Notes: generated by a model not told the origin, from the letters alone. Numbered from the whole stretch's first letter, positions 24,533-37,138 are shown. The stretch: DNA of 61,960 nucleotides, filler included, from Sphacelaria rigidula (GCA_964200075.2; 11 parts of 11 records of this genome joined end to end with filler, not necessarily neighbours in it), one strand, 5' to 3'. A program made the numbers and translations.

Positions 24533-26179
24533 CCCTTGATGAGCGTCGCCGTGGAACAATTTCACTAGCTGACAGTTCAGGCCAAAGGTTATGACATATT
24601 TACATATGTAGTGCACTCGCTGGGATATTCGTCGTCATTTGTGATGAACAGACGGTGCAATTGAGATTTTTTTCATATATATTTGAGTATAGGACACAAT
24701 CGGAACAGAAACAAGTGCACTACTTATGTATACATGTCATCACCTTTGGTCCAGGCACATCCGCAGTTTTCCAGTGGGCGACGGGGGCGGGGGGGGGGGA
24801 TGCTCTCTGACAGGGGGTGGGGGCCTCTTAGCAGGACAGCTGAAAAGCTCACCAAGTCAACCATGTGTGTATGGAAGTTTCCTAACGAAAATTTTGAGCC
24901 AAAAAAGCGGCCCGAGAGGAGCGGAGGAACCATTCTGACCAATCACGGCTACCGCAATGGTAGACTGTGTTCAGTGGAAAGCGATGGAACGCTGAATGTT
25001 TCTCTTTGTTTTTGCAAGCGAAGACAGGACACATACTGACTCTGCACGCGAGCAAAGGGCATAAAAGGTTGTCATACCCTTGGCACGCCATGGACGGCAG
25101 GGTCAAAACCGGTCAGGGGTTCTCTGGGACTGACTTTTATACAGATGCTAAACATCCGCATGTTCATGAAAATGGTGTTTTTATGTACAGTAGCGAGTGA
25201 GCTATCCTGAACCCAAAAGGTGGGATAGTCGACATCAGTCCACCTGCGGGGAGTTCGCCGTCTAAGGGTTGGTCCTTTGACCTTCAGCATCGTTTCGGAA
25301 CGATTTTCACGGGCTTACAGTCCAGGGGTTTTCGTGTTTCCAAATGGCTTCACGGTCGACGAGGGAAAGGGACCGCGGGACCCCTCTCGCAATGAGAAAT
25401 AAAGCAGATACAGCGAAAGTAAGGTGGAGAGCTAAAACAAATAACAGAGGGGAAAAAAAATCCTGTGTCGGCCTATTCTTCTTCCATTGTGACCCCGGCT
25501 GAATCGCCCACATATACCGAAATATGTAGACTGGCGAGACACACACAAATAGGGCGTGCAGATTCCCGGATTGTCATCGAAATGCTTCCCAGGTCAACCA
25601 TGCGTTTTCACAGGAAATTTGTAGGTCGGGCAACACGGCTGCAGTGGGGTGGTGTGACCATTTTGATCGATGATTGGTGGGATAATCCATGAAGTTCCCC
25701 TACAAATTGCCCGATGTTGCCCGCCTGGAGGTGAAGCAGTAGCTCTACCGTCAACTACACACACATAAAAAGGAGTGCCTCTGCTCATTGCACTTTTCGC
25801 AACCCACTTTGCCTCTCATGTTTTCATGAGCTGCGCAATCGCGTTCTGTAACACCGACTAGACGTGGGACCAGTGTATACTGTACGGACTGTGCAGCAGA
25901 GAACGAGGTGTACCGTACTACTGTCTGTACTGTTTGTTGCATTTTGCCGCTGATGGTGGAACTCCGTCTGTACAGGTTTGGTGAAAGGTTTGAGGAAATT
26001 TTTCCACTCCGGCTGTCTAAAAACGACTGTTGGAGGCACATCACCCACACCGGCGATCAAGAGGGTCAGTCCCGTTTGACCACGCCCCCCCGCCTCCCGT
26101 CCCGCCGTCCCTCCCAAATATGTAGTTATGCGAGGTCAAAGGTCTGATGACTGGCATATATAATCATGAGTACACCCCC

Positions 26180-27000
26180 CCTCCCCACCAGATCGCTCAA
26201 AATTGTCCAGGGTCAATTTGGGTCCCGCAACTTTTGTGTGTCAACAGAGTTAGCCACACGCATATTGGCTTACATGGACTCGTGGATGTCGAGCGCTGTG
26301 TATGAAAATCTGCGTTGGAAAGCCCCTGACCGAGTTCGAGCGAAGTCCGATGTGTTTGCTGAGCCATTTTCGTCGGGTGCATCCTCTTGTACGTGAAAAG
26401 TCGCTGCTGCGCTCATCTAGTATTGCCGAAACCAGATAGGTCTGGAGACTGGGGGAGATTCAATCAACGTGGAGATGCGAAGTATTTTTTTCTGACCCAA
26501 GTATCTGATACCAAGTACGAGCTGGGCTGGCGTAGACGCGGATCTAAGCTCTCAAAGTCCCATCTCATCGACACAGACTAGTTGGACCGTCATCTGCATA
26601 TCGTATCAATCGTCTAATCGAGAGGAAGGTGGACACCTGCTCAAAAATCTGGGCCAATTTTTTCTCGTGGATTGAAGCCCATGTCCAGTACTTCTTATAT
26701 CGCACGGAGATAGCGTCAATACTAAAGTCTTCATGAAACCCCAAACGATGTATAGAGCAGATGGCGACGATTTTCGGTGTGGACATCCCCGGGAGCACGG
26801 GGAGACGATCGATACCCCTACAGTCGCCTCATCGGCTGTCTATCTCGAGATATGGCGCACATAAGGTTCCAAGATTGTGTTCGGTTTGAGACTACCATCA
26901 ATATATCACGAGCAGAGGCACTAAATGCACTAAAACTGGATATCGCGTCCCAGCTTTTGAGAGTTGTGCTTTGAAACTTTTTGAGGACAATCGCTGGTGC
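26180..27000 (+). mobile_element. Highly decayed Ty1/Copia reverse transcriptase remnant
   Basis: Motifs in order: GLHGLVDVERC (~LYGLxQxxRxW), EFERSPMCL (~FEQSxxDPC), RGDAKYFF (~LGxxxYY), RYPYSRLIGCL (~PYRxLIGSL). Many frameshifts. Confidence 0.45.
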
Positions 27001-27384
27001 GTAATGAAGGCAAGACACGACTTTTTTTTTCGTTGTTCTGGGGGAGTTCTTCTGGAAAATAGACAACGCTCTTGGACCTTATCTCAGTTCTTCAGCTTAA
27101 TTTTCAGAATTGTGGTTTGAAACTTATCGTGGAGAATCGCGAAGGCATGCCGAAGATACGAAAATAATAAGCCTTCATTTCTTCGGGGGGGGAGGTAAAG
27201 GCGTTGTAAAATATGGTATTTACTTTGCTAAAACGTCCTCTACAAGCGAAAAAAAACTTTCGCATTGTTTTTGGTTCATCATGGCCCAGCGACATCTTTC
27301 ACAAGATTTCCATGCACGAGGTCAAAACCTGGGCCGGTAAGTAGCCTGCAAAACACTGTTCCAAATTTCTATCGACCCGGTTTT

Positions 27385-27705
27385 TGAAAGGCCCGTTCGC
27401 AATTTTATACTCGAAGTTGGACCCTTCACTATGGTATAGGCAATCGGTAGGGCATAACACAAAAAGTTATGGATGAACCTGAAGTTTTTTTTTTTTTCTA
27501 ATGAGTTGAAGGCGATAATCAGTTTTCAGGTCACAGGCAAATGCCGTTGAATCATGAAAGAAAAGAAATCTTCGAATCTTTGCATCTATTCACTTTATTA
27601 TGCCCTATTTATCGTCCATACCAATTTTTAGGGTCCAACTCTATGTATTGAATTGCGAATGGGCCTGCAAACTCAAAATTCGCTTCTAGGGTGGCCCAGC
27701 TCGTA
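27385..27705. mobile_element. MITE of the CGAGCTGGGCC family with long subterminal inverted repeats
   Basis: GGCCCGTTCGCAATT...AGTTGGACCCT (27390-27425) is inverted relative to AGGGTCCAACT...AATTGCGAATGGGCC (27630-27665). The right end is GGCCCAGCTCG|TA, and it matches the reverse complement of 39313-39395. Confidence 0.7.
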
Positions 27706-27937
27706 CTTGTTCTCTGTTCTTCCGTCGTTGAAATAGCTTGACGACGTGGGAGCCGAAAACACTTAATTCGGCGAGAGGAAATGCGGTGCGGAATTTAGAG
27801 CTGATGACCCCAACTCCATTCTTCTCCGCGATACCAAATTGCGAGGCGTGTACATACTATACCACGGGATGGATGGATCGAGTGTCGGAACCTTGAAAGT
27901 TCGTCCCGAGGAGCGGGAAGAGTTACGTGGCAAAAGC

Positions 27938-28111
27938 GGAGGGATGAACTCATGATCTTGCATCCTAGAGTCGTATGATCATTGACCTCTCGTATCCCTA
28001 CAAATCCGAGACGGAGCAGCCGGGTGTTTTCGCCTGACCAGGCTCGGGGTGTACTCATGATCATGCTTGCCATAGTCATCAGACCATTGACCTCGCATCC
28101 CTACAAAGCCG
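27938..28111 (-). mobile_element. Two tandem short LINE-3'-end-like copies (diverged subfamily), ending at the contig break
   Basis: G-run-ACTCATGATC...CATTGACCTC(TC)G(T/C)ATCCCTACAAA occurs twice. Nearly identical to 61888-61960 and related to 33423-33753 and 56519-56600. Confidence 0.65.
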
Positions 28112-29115
28112 NNNNNNNNNNNNNNNNNNNNNNNNNNNNNNNNNNNNNNNNNNNNTTAATTAATTAANNNNNNNNNNNNNNNNNNNNNNNNNNNNNNNNN
28201 NNNNNNNNNNNCTGAACCCGAACATCAGGCGCTGAATGGCCATCTTTTTCGTGAAACTTTTAGCTTGTTTTGGGGGGGCGGCTATCGTAGAAAGTGTCGG
28301 GTATGCTTCGAATATGTGCATTCCAAACTAACTGCTCGAGTCAAGTCTCTAGGCACAATTCCTCTTACTCCTTGATGTCTCTACCGCAGCGTCAAAGTAT
28401 CGCATTGGTGATACATGGAGGTATGGTTGAAAAAAGTAATCGTACACATAGCGTTTTCCGCCTCTCGTCCCTGCAATCAACTTCATCAAGACACGCACCC
28501 ACTTCGAAAACAGCAATGTCACCGGCTTGACCCTTCGACTGTCAGGGCAAAATATCTGGGGTTTGCAGTCAGTTTTCAAGTGAAAATGATGCCGACTCCA
28601 CACAACGTCCACACTGGCGACGAAAGGGTGAGGGATGATCGAGGAACACTGTAACAATGACGTCGTCATCGAGCACTGTGAGGTAAGTCGCCGGAAAGAT
28701 TCGAGGTCAGGATACAACTCCCGAGAAGAGATGTTATGTACGCGAAAGGCAAAATCATATTACATGGGGGACAGACCATGCTGGGTTTTCTGCTGTTTTG
28801 CCAGGCTCGGCGACGAGTTGTTGGTCTTGCTCATATTATTCGATGTCAGCAACACAACTGTTTGTGTGGTACGATTGCAAGATCAATCGCATTTTCCAAC
28901 ACACGCCAAGACGCAACAGGTCTACTTGAAAATCCTGCAGGCGGGACCCATCAGCAGGGACGCTGGTAGTGTCCACGGTCAATACAAGTGGAAACAACTT
29001 GCTACAAGACCTCTGGAAAATGACGGTACAGACGACATACTGTCTTGGACCAAAACCCATGCGGCAACCACCCCCCCGATGCCGCCTCCTACTTCCCTCC
29101 CGTCCCGCTTGTAAA

Positions 29116-29229
29116 CTAGCGTGTGAGGTTGGAAGCATAGGAAACTTGCTGCTTGGTGTCCTGCGCCAAACGCTCTCCGTAACCACTTGTACGCATTCCG
29201 CTCAGTCCACCCTCCGTGGCCACGTCCCT
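29116..29229 (-). CDS. EIF3G: eIF3 subunit G, last exon
   Basis: tcag|AGG GAC... encodes RDVATEGGLSGMRTSGYGERLAQDTKQQVSYASNLTR-stop (114 nt), in phase with the preceding exon. Confidence 0.85.
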   Translation of the reverse strand, partial: RDVATEGGLSGMRTSGYGERLAQDTKQQVSYASNLTR

Positions 29230-29685
29230 CTGACAGGTGGGGGGCAGGGTGGTGAGCAACATGCAGAGAAAATTTCACGACGTGAGGATCAATCGGCCTC
29301 GTTTCAGATTCATGATGCAAGTGAATTCACCAAAAAAAAACAAGAACCCTTCCTCGAGGAATTAGGTCCAAAACAAGCCTGTCATCGATCGAATTGTCAG
29401 CAAAGCTTGAACACGCATCGTGAACAATCCACACGCGCCATACGCAATCCATAGAAACAGGAGGCCCACAGACACAACACTCACTTCAGAGCACATGCCA
29501 TGGGGGGTACCAGTTTCACAACATAGCGGACCGGAGATGAGAGGTGACACAGAAAATACGACACAATGCATGATCTGGCAAAACGAACAAAAAAAACAAT
29601 TACCGTCACAGAAAATCATGTCCAAACATATGAAACCTTTAGTTCGCAGGGAGCATCGACAAGTCACAAACCGGATAGCACTCAC

Positions 29686-29842
29686 CAGGCTCGGCTTGGC
29701 CCATTCGAGCTTGAGGATAAGGTGGTCGTAGCCGTACCCCTGCAGAGCTTGCATGGCAGACTCTGCATCGCTCTTTTGGAAGAAGGAAACGAACGCGAAA
29801 CCCCTGCTCTGCATTGTCTCCGGATCCTTGGCCAGATATACC
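29686..29842 (-). CDS. EIF3G: eIF3 subunit G exon (RRM, RNP1)
   Basis: ccag|G GTA TAT... encodes VYLAKDPETMQSRGFAFVSFFQKSDAESAMQALQGYGYDHLILKLEWAKPSL|gtgagt. GYGYDHLIL-x-EWAKP is diagnostic of eIF3g. Confidence 0.97.
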
Positions 29843-30701
29843 CTGGGTCATCAAAGAAACAATAGACAGTACCGCACGGGGGTGGATGTTGCGCAGTGGT
29901 ACATACTCAATCACAGCACAGCAGAGTTTGATGACGACCATGATGGGGGTGGAGATGGCAAGGGTCTGCCGCGAAGCACTTTATTAGTACCAGTCAGAAT
30001 CGAATTCCACCTGGTTCACAGTCGCAGAATGTCCGGCGATGTCTGCCTCAGGCTAATCCCCCCCTTTCCCAAATCTCCAAAGCAACTTGTCCCTCAAGAG
30101 CCTGATAATAAGCCCTCATCGTTTTAACCCGTAAATGAATTACGTATCTCAAGTGTGGAAGCAACGAGCGCAACAAGGTCTGCTGGACATGTATATCCTC
30201 TTGTATTTGGCTGCAGGTCGAACAGGAAAACTCAAACTCTATCGCCTGCCAATCCTCCGTTGCTTTCGCACATCCGTCTCCTCACACGACGTTCTAATTT
30301 CTTCATGGTCGCTCGACGTGTACAGACTCCACTACAAAAACGCCGAGAAAGCACTAGAAGACGACGCATCTTATGCGAACCATTCATGCAACAGAAACCC
30401 AACGCCTGCATTGTACTCCATCAAGCTAACAAAGCGTATTTACAATCTTCTTCATGGCGCCACCGCTCCCCCCCACAACCCACCCAATCGACGTCCTCTC
30501 AAAAAATGATAAAGTCACGATGATGGCATGTCCTCATCATCGCACTCATTTGACCTCCCTTCAAACAGTCTTCCCACGTCGCAAAACCTTACGGCAGATG
30601 CTATGATCAAAGGTCATCTTCATGTGTGCATGCACTCTTCCTTTAGCGCGTGTGCTCCCACAGCCCCACCCCTCCCCGCCGATCTCGTCTTGTGCACCCA
30701 C

Positions 30702-30913
30702 CTGTTAATCCTGCCGAAAGAGCTGAACAATTCTCGAAGGTCGCCTTCTGTAGTGTCCTCGCTGATGTTGGTCACCCTGATTTTCGTGTGGTCCTCCCCC
30801 ATGTTCTGCCCGCCCACCTCCGGCCCACTCTCTCCTCGCGTGCCAAACTTTCGGCTCGGCGGCACGTACTTGCCAGCTCCGCCTACCCCGAGGCCCATCA
30901 TACTTCCTGGGGC
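30702..30913 (-). CDS. EIF3G: eIF3 subunit G exon (GKYVPP linker and RRM RNP2)
   Basis: tcag|GCC... encodes APGSMMGLGVGGAGKYVPPSRK...KIRVTNISEDTTEGDLRELFSSFGRIN, ending AG|gtgggt. The phase-2 end fits the next exon. Confidence 0.96.
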
Positions 30914-32088
30914 CTGAATCAAAGAGAAGACCCAAAGTGAAACGGGTAGAGCGAGGGGCAAGGGTTATTGGTTTTCTCAAGACCAACAACTGCGTAAATC
31001 TCGGATTTTTTGCTTCTTTATGCTCATCTTGTGTGGCGATGGAAGCTGCATCATGCTCCTCTGGATCGTTTTCAACTTTCCTTCTCTTTCCTGTATCGAG
31101 CTAGAGATTTTTTTGTAGGGCACTCTCGGTCAGGAACACGGGACATGTGCACACTCGCTCTGTGCGCGGTTTGGCGAAGGACAATGTAAGGGTGGGGGAG
31201 GGGGACGACAATTTGGGTAACCTTGCTCCCAACTTATATATGAGAAAAAAAGTAGGAAACAAGTGACTTGATGTCAAAAAGGAAAGCCTAGAAACGTGTC
31301 ACCGTGCCAAGGTTGGTGCGAGTGTTGACTTGGTACGACTCCCCCTTTTATGAAAGTACAAAGGCGTTGGGTTGCCATGCCAACGGTCGAAAAGATGAGG
31401 AGCAAAGTTTGCATGCAGTAACAAACAAGCCACACCGTACAGGCTCTGAACCTCGCATACCCTGGATGATGACAACAGATTACGTTGTCGCACACTGTGC
31501 TGCGAACAGTATCGACTATTGCGTCTATTGCAGTAGACCACCATTCCATACTGTACGCAGCACAATTTTTCGAGAACGTAAACTATTGTCATCATCTAGG
31601 GGAGTCTTGACAGGATCGTGAACTGGCGACTTACGCTGAATTCGCGCGGTGATGAGTGGATCCTACAAAACATGATACTCAGGAAATAGTCGCGAGATAC
31701 ACAGTAGCAGGGCCCTGGACATGAGAAATAGATCACTATTCGAACGTGAACCGATTGGGATACCGTCAGCGCAGCGCCATACCTCACGTCCATTGAGGGT
31801 CACGAGCAAAACATTTAAACACGAACAAGAAAAAATCAACACACCAACACAGAGAAGAAAACAGACAGACGCCGCTCAGATCCATGTGATTCCAAGGCCA
31901 CACCAACAAGGGGAGAAACAGAGGCAACACTCGCAACGCCCACAACGCCCAAGAGAAGGAAAAAAGCAAAGGCATATATGAGACACGAACAGATGCCGAG
32001 CGGTCAAATACTGCAACTGTGATAAGAAATCGACACCCCCAACGAGAAACGAACTCGCGCACATTTGAACCGAAGTAGCAAGGCTCAC

Positions 32089-32295
32089 CGAGTCGTCCTC
32101 CGGAGGTGGCGCAGCGTCGTTCGACTCCAACAGCCCCGCCGTACGCATGGCGTGTCTTTGCCGCATTCGTTCCATGGCCACCTTCACGGAGTCCTCCATG
32201 CTATTGGGCTTCTCGTCAGCCTCCCTCGATTCCTGAGGTGTTTCCATCTTGATCTCCTCCATGGACAAGATCGTGTAGCTGGAGTTGTCGTCCAC
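32089..32295 (-). CDS. EIF3G: eIF3 subunit G exon
   Basis: aag|GTG GAC... encodes VDDNSSYTILSMEEIKMETPQ...AAPPPEDDS|gtgagc; 207 nt, phase 0 at both ends. Confidence 0.88.
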
Positions 32296-32942
32296 CTTTT
32301 ACACGTACCATCGCAAACCACGCACAGACGAACAGCGAGACAAGTGAGACAGCGGGAGATGCGCACAGACGCAGTCACAAGACACGGATCAAGAGAGACA
32401 GACAGATAGACAGACAGACAGACAGAGAGAAGCGCTATGAAAAGAAGCACAAAGCTAAAGCAAATCCGGGGAGAGAAAAAAAAACGAAAAAAAGTAGCTG
32501 CCACCGGTTGACGTGCGGCACAGGCAAACTCTGATGTTCGAACCTGCAACGCCATGGGCGATGAGTTCAACGATGCTGCTGCAAGGGCAAACTACCACCA
32601 GAGCTCTTAGAAGCTTCCGCAACAGAATATACGAGTTACAATATCGACAACTCTCTTTTTCGCACGACCAGTCATATTTCTTCGAGACTTGGCCGCTGTC
32701 TTCAACTATTGCCCATACGAATGTGATCATAAACGATCGGAAGCAGAAACGACCACCCATCGGAAATGAGTCCGATCAATGGCTGGGACCCCCGGGAAAA
32801 CAGGGAAACCTGTATACTGAAGTGCCGGACCTTTGCTACACCACGGAACCGAACGATGCTCAATACCTGGGGTTCTGACGGACGCTGCTCGAAACAACAT
32901 CTCACCCAGGTTGCATGATTAGTTATTCAGTACACTGCTCAC

Positions 32943-33044
32943 CTGCGCCGCGAGACCGAACTTGGCCCACTTGGTGCGCTCCAGGCACGACTTGTGGACT
33001 CGCGTGTGCTCTGTGAACACCTTTACTTTCGTCGTTCTCTTTAC
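32943..33044 (-). CDS. EIF3G: eIF3 subunit G, most 5' exon visible (earlier exons missing)
   Basis: ccag|GTA... encodes VKRTTKVKVFTEHTRVHKSCLERTKWAKFGLAAQ|gtgagc, with the ERxxWxKFG motif of the eIF3g N-terminal domain. Confidence 0.93.
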
Positions 33045-33422
33045 CTGGTCAACACATATACAAGCAACGGAAAAGGAAAATCAGGCACCGAGAAAATATG
33101 CAACAGCAAAGGGAGAACATGCGCACACACGAGGGAGATAAAACTTGTCAAAAACTCGCGTTAGCGCATGGGGTGGCATACATCCTAACCCTCGTTCTGT
33201 GCGAGGGGGGGGTTGATTAAATTGATTCAAATTGATTCTCGCACTTTAAATAATCCCCCCAAGGATCCAGACGCGGTCATGATGATGAACGTACCCGAGA
33301 TAAGATGAAACTGAAGTACTCGCTCAAGAAAAAGACCAAACAGAAAATGCAGACAGAACAGGGTAGACTGAGAGAGAAAAAGGAAAGAAATGGCCGGCCT
33401 CTGCCACACGGCTTCGGTATAA

Positions 33423-33753
33423 AGGGGGGGGGCGTTCTCAATTGCTGCTCGCCTTCGTCGCTTGACGATTGACCACGCATCCCTTTCGAGACGGAGCAGG
33501 AGCAGGTATACAGGGGGGGGAGGCGTTCTCAATTGCGGCTCGCCTTCGTCGCTTGACGATTGATCACGCATTCCATTCGAGACGGGGCACCGTTCCTTCG
33601 GAGGGGGGGGGGGGTTTTCTCATCTCCGGCTCCCCTCCGTCGCTTGCCGATTGTTCCCGTTTTCCTTTCAGGAGGCGGCGCCGTCCGTGAGGGGGGGGGG
33701 GGGCATACTCATTTGTTGCTTGCCTTAGTCGTTTGACCATTGACCACGCATCC
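33423..33753 (-). repeat. Head-to-tail array of four ~90-bp LINE 3'-end units, each bounded by a G run
   Basis: Units start at 33423, 33513, 33603 and 33691 with G8-13, then (C/G)(G/A/T)T(T/A)CTCA...G(C/T)TTGAC(G/C)ATTGACCACGCATCC...GAGACGGAGCA. Homologous to 56519-56595. Confidence 0.85.
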
Positions 33754-35389
33754 NNNNNNNNNNNNNNNNNNNNNNNNNNNNNNNNNNNNNNNNNNNNTTA
33801 ATTAATTAANNNNNNNNNNNNNNNNNNNNNNNNNNNNNNNNNNNNNNNNNNNNTGAAGTGAATAGTTCGCCCACAACAAACACAACTGACCCATCATGAG
33901 GTGGCTGCTCTCTGTGTGAATAGACAAAGCCGAAATACACCGCACAGCACAGTACAATCAGTACAGTGCAGCGCAGTACAATACAATGTCATCATCTTCT
34001 CTGTGTCCCCCGCCGCATTTCTCCCTTCTGTGGGTATCGTTGAGTATCGGATTACTTCTTTGGCGATCGTGACCTCTTCCCGCCCGGTCTAAAAGTGACG
34101 CTTGATCCCCAGGATGATGTCTTGTGTTCATTTTTTCAAGTCAAAATCTCTGGGGACGGTCGTCTCTTCCCACAAATACCCGGCTCTCAAGTTGAACTTT
34201 CCGACACCGGTTTAGGTCATTTGGGTTTTGCACTCATTTTTCAAGTGAAAAGTATGCCAATACAAAATATGCCCGACCCTGGGTTGAGTGTAGGGTGGGA
34301 GACATTTGTTGGTGTATTCCCAATGTACAAGCTCAAGTCGCAGCGGACGGAGGCTGCTGTAGACGCGGTACGGCGAACATGGCGGTACCACTACAATAAA
34401 CACCACAGACGGAGAGAGCACAATTCGGTCACCATTATGTTGTCTGCTCCAGTACACGCAATGCTTTTTACCTTGGGTCCCTTGTGTGGCTGTGGACACA
34501 TGCGGCGGGGCTTTTCTCAGCAGAAAATGTCTGAGGGATTCATCTTTGCACATGCATACGCACTGAAGTAAAGTTACTGCGCGATCGATTCAGATCTGCT
34601 CCCCAACGTTTCCCCCCGAGCCCGTTTTGGCTGTGATTATTTTTCACTTGAATTTATTGGGCACCGTGCCTTACTCAGGACATACTCCATCGAGGGATAG
34701 GTTTAATCCGGATGGTTCTCCACGGTTACGTGCGCGATTCGAGCGCCGGTTGTTGCGTTGGGTGCGCACAACCCCAAGGCATTGCACTGTAGGCTTCATT
34801 TCAGGGCACGTCCCGCAGTCAAATCAGTAAGCCGGAAATTATATTCAAGTTACATGTTTTTTCAAGTTCAGGGTGTGGGCCTCCAAAGATGGAGGATAAT
34901 GAGCTCGCCATGGGCTACGTGTGGAGGGCCAGCAACAGCATTTAGGGTGTGAACAGGGAGGGTTTCTCCTGCGCGCGCGATCAACCCGTCAAGATATTGG
35001 ATTGTAAAAGCAAGTGTATTTGGGCGGAGCATCCCAAGACATAGAAGGAAAAGGGGAATTTTTGTCTGTGGTCGTTGTGATTTCCTCGAACAGCCCGGAC
35101 ACGTTTTTGACCCCGATTAGCACCTCTAACTTTGTGCGGAGATAGTCGTTCCGAGGAATGAACGCTCAAGACCATAACGATGGAGTAAATCCCCGCAGTC
35201 GGCACACCTCTCAGTGTACCCGAGAGTCAAGTCCTGTTTGGCATACAATATTTCGCCGTACCTTTTGCTTGTGTATACCTCATCGATCAACCATTAATTC
35301 TTGGGCCCCCGCTTTTGTTGCAAGATACAAGGTACCACCTACTAACCCTTAACTGTAGTGCATACAGAGCATATTTAGTTTGACTGTAC

Positions 35390-35488
35390 CTTTTCGTTGG
35401 TGCGTCGGTGGTAAATGCACATTGTACCCTTTCCAGTGCCCAGTGCGAGGTAGTCTCCCGTCTTGGACCAACTCACGAATGTTACGTC
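35390..35488 (-). CDS. WDR19: WDR19/IFT144-like, coding exon 3
   Basis: gcag|GAC... encodes DVTFVSWSKTGDYLALGTGKGTMCIYHRRTNEK|gtacag, matching the IFT144 pattern D-x-TF-x2-WSK-x-G-x2-LA-x-GT-x-KG. Confidence 0.88.
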
Positions 35489-36158
35489 CTGCACGGACGT
35501 CAAATGCATCCATCCGTCGCGGTTTTGAATGAAAGGTTCGTCATTAGCCCTGACTGTACACTCGTATTGCATACTAGTATCTACGCTGACTCTAGTACCC
35601 CACGACTCGAAGTATCGAGCATATCGTAGGAAGCCGCCGGCTGTACGTGTCTCCTAGAGGGTACATATCATCATCGCGTCATGCAATCAGCGCAAACACG
35701 AGAACGCGTGAGAATTGATAATTTTCACGGGCGTTCGAGCGGTAACCAGCGATGACACATCAAATCAGGACTGCACTGTAAATCGTGTGCCGCTCCGGTA
35801 GTGTAAATAGAGGGTCTCGCCCTCGAGGCTCACGGCATTGAACGCCAACCACTTGCCAGCATTTTTTCTTCTCTCTTTCTTTGAAAAAAGGAGGAAACCT
35901 CACGCAACACTTACCTCGCAAGCAGGTTCGCATGCCGATTACCCAGAGGCTCGGCTAGACTGCCTCGCGGCAGTCATGTGGGGTAGGCACTTCGAGCGTT
36001 CGCAAGCTTCGCTCAAGGCAGTGTGGGGGGCCGACCCGTTGACATTTGAGCCCTGTTCATCACCTCATTAAAATCTGGGAGGCGTGCGTTCATGCGAGAG
36101 ATGTTCTACAGGGTAATTCATGCTTATTTCCCATTTTGCTTACAAGATGCTTCTTCAC

Positions 36159-36285
36159 CTTAACGCCGACGTCCACAGCTCTGGTCTTTCTCTGTTTGGC
36201 AAACCACAACAACACGACGGATGAATTGGCCTGGGCTATAGCAAGCACCAGTCCCAGAGGGTCCCATTCGAGAGCAGTGCAGGCG
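36159..36285 (-). CDS. WDR19: WDR19/IFT144-like, coding exon 2
   Basis: tcag|C GCC... encodes ACTALEWDPLGLVLAIAQANSSVVLLWFAKQRKTRAVDVGVK|gtgaag; phases fit both neighbours. Confidence 0.88.
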
Positions 36286-37138
36286 CTGAAGATGACAAGT
36301 CCGCGCAGCACATCCGTAGGATTCAAGATCCGCCCACCCACGCAGTCATCCGCATCGTACAGCGGTCGGGGAGACATCCATCCGTGTGTATGTGCGATGA
36401 AAAGAGGTGGGCAAAAGTAAAAAAAAAAGTGCAAAGTATCAAGATATCTGGGTGCGGCTTGTATTGCACTGTACGGTGTTGTGGTGTGTAGTTCCCACTT
36501 TTTGTTACGATAAACCCCACTGCACTTTTGAGATGCCTCGAGTGTCCTGCTTGGGTGATGACTTTCAATTTCCGGACGGCCAACCACTCTACGGCATGGA
36601 GGGGTGGGGGGGGGGGGGGGGGGGGGGGGGTTTTTTTTTTTAAAAAAAACCACCCAAAAGGGTTAGCGAAAGGAGGGGTTTTCCCAGTCCACAACATATG
36701 GATTTTACGTGTCCGCCGCAGCACATCCGCCGCAGCACATCCGCTGGCGAACTTTCGGTAGTGTTGTACATATAGTCAGTTATGAAACTGGTGAGGTGTA
36801 CAGCACGCACAAGTCTCTTCCAGATGGCAAACCAACACCAATTTGTGGGCAGTGTAGCAGCATAGCCAGTCAGTACAGTGCGGCACTGGTACATGTGCTG
36901 CAGTCTATACTTCTAGCCTCGTTCGGAACCGTTTTGTTTTGTACATGTGACCGTCAGGTACTGTCTGTAAACTGGTTGAACAAACGTAGCACCCACATGT
37001 CAAGAGAGGCCATGACTCTCATGACAACAGAGCACAGCACACAGCACATCACGACATGCATAACACAGTATGGAGATGTGCACTACAGTCAAATTTTATC
37101 GTGCGCGTTTGAGGTGTAGTGGAATGCAACCGACTCAC

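Noticed and set aside
33423..33753. CRISPR-like or satellite interpretation of the 90-bp array
   Set aside because: The units are homologous along their whole length and match the LINE 3' end at 56519-56595.
36601..36650. Poly-G / poly-T / poly-A junction, and the poly-C at 44953-45017, as structural elements
   Set aside because: Typical low-quality sequence around homopolymers; lengths and adjacent bases are unreliable.
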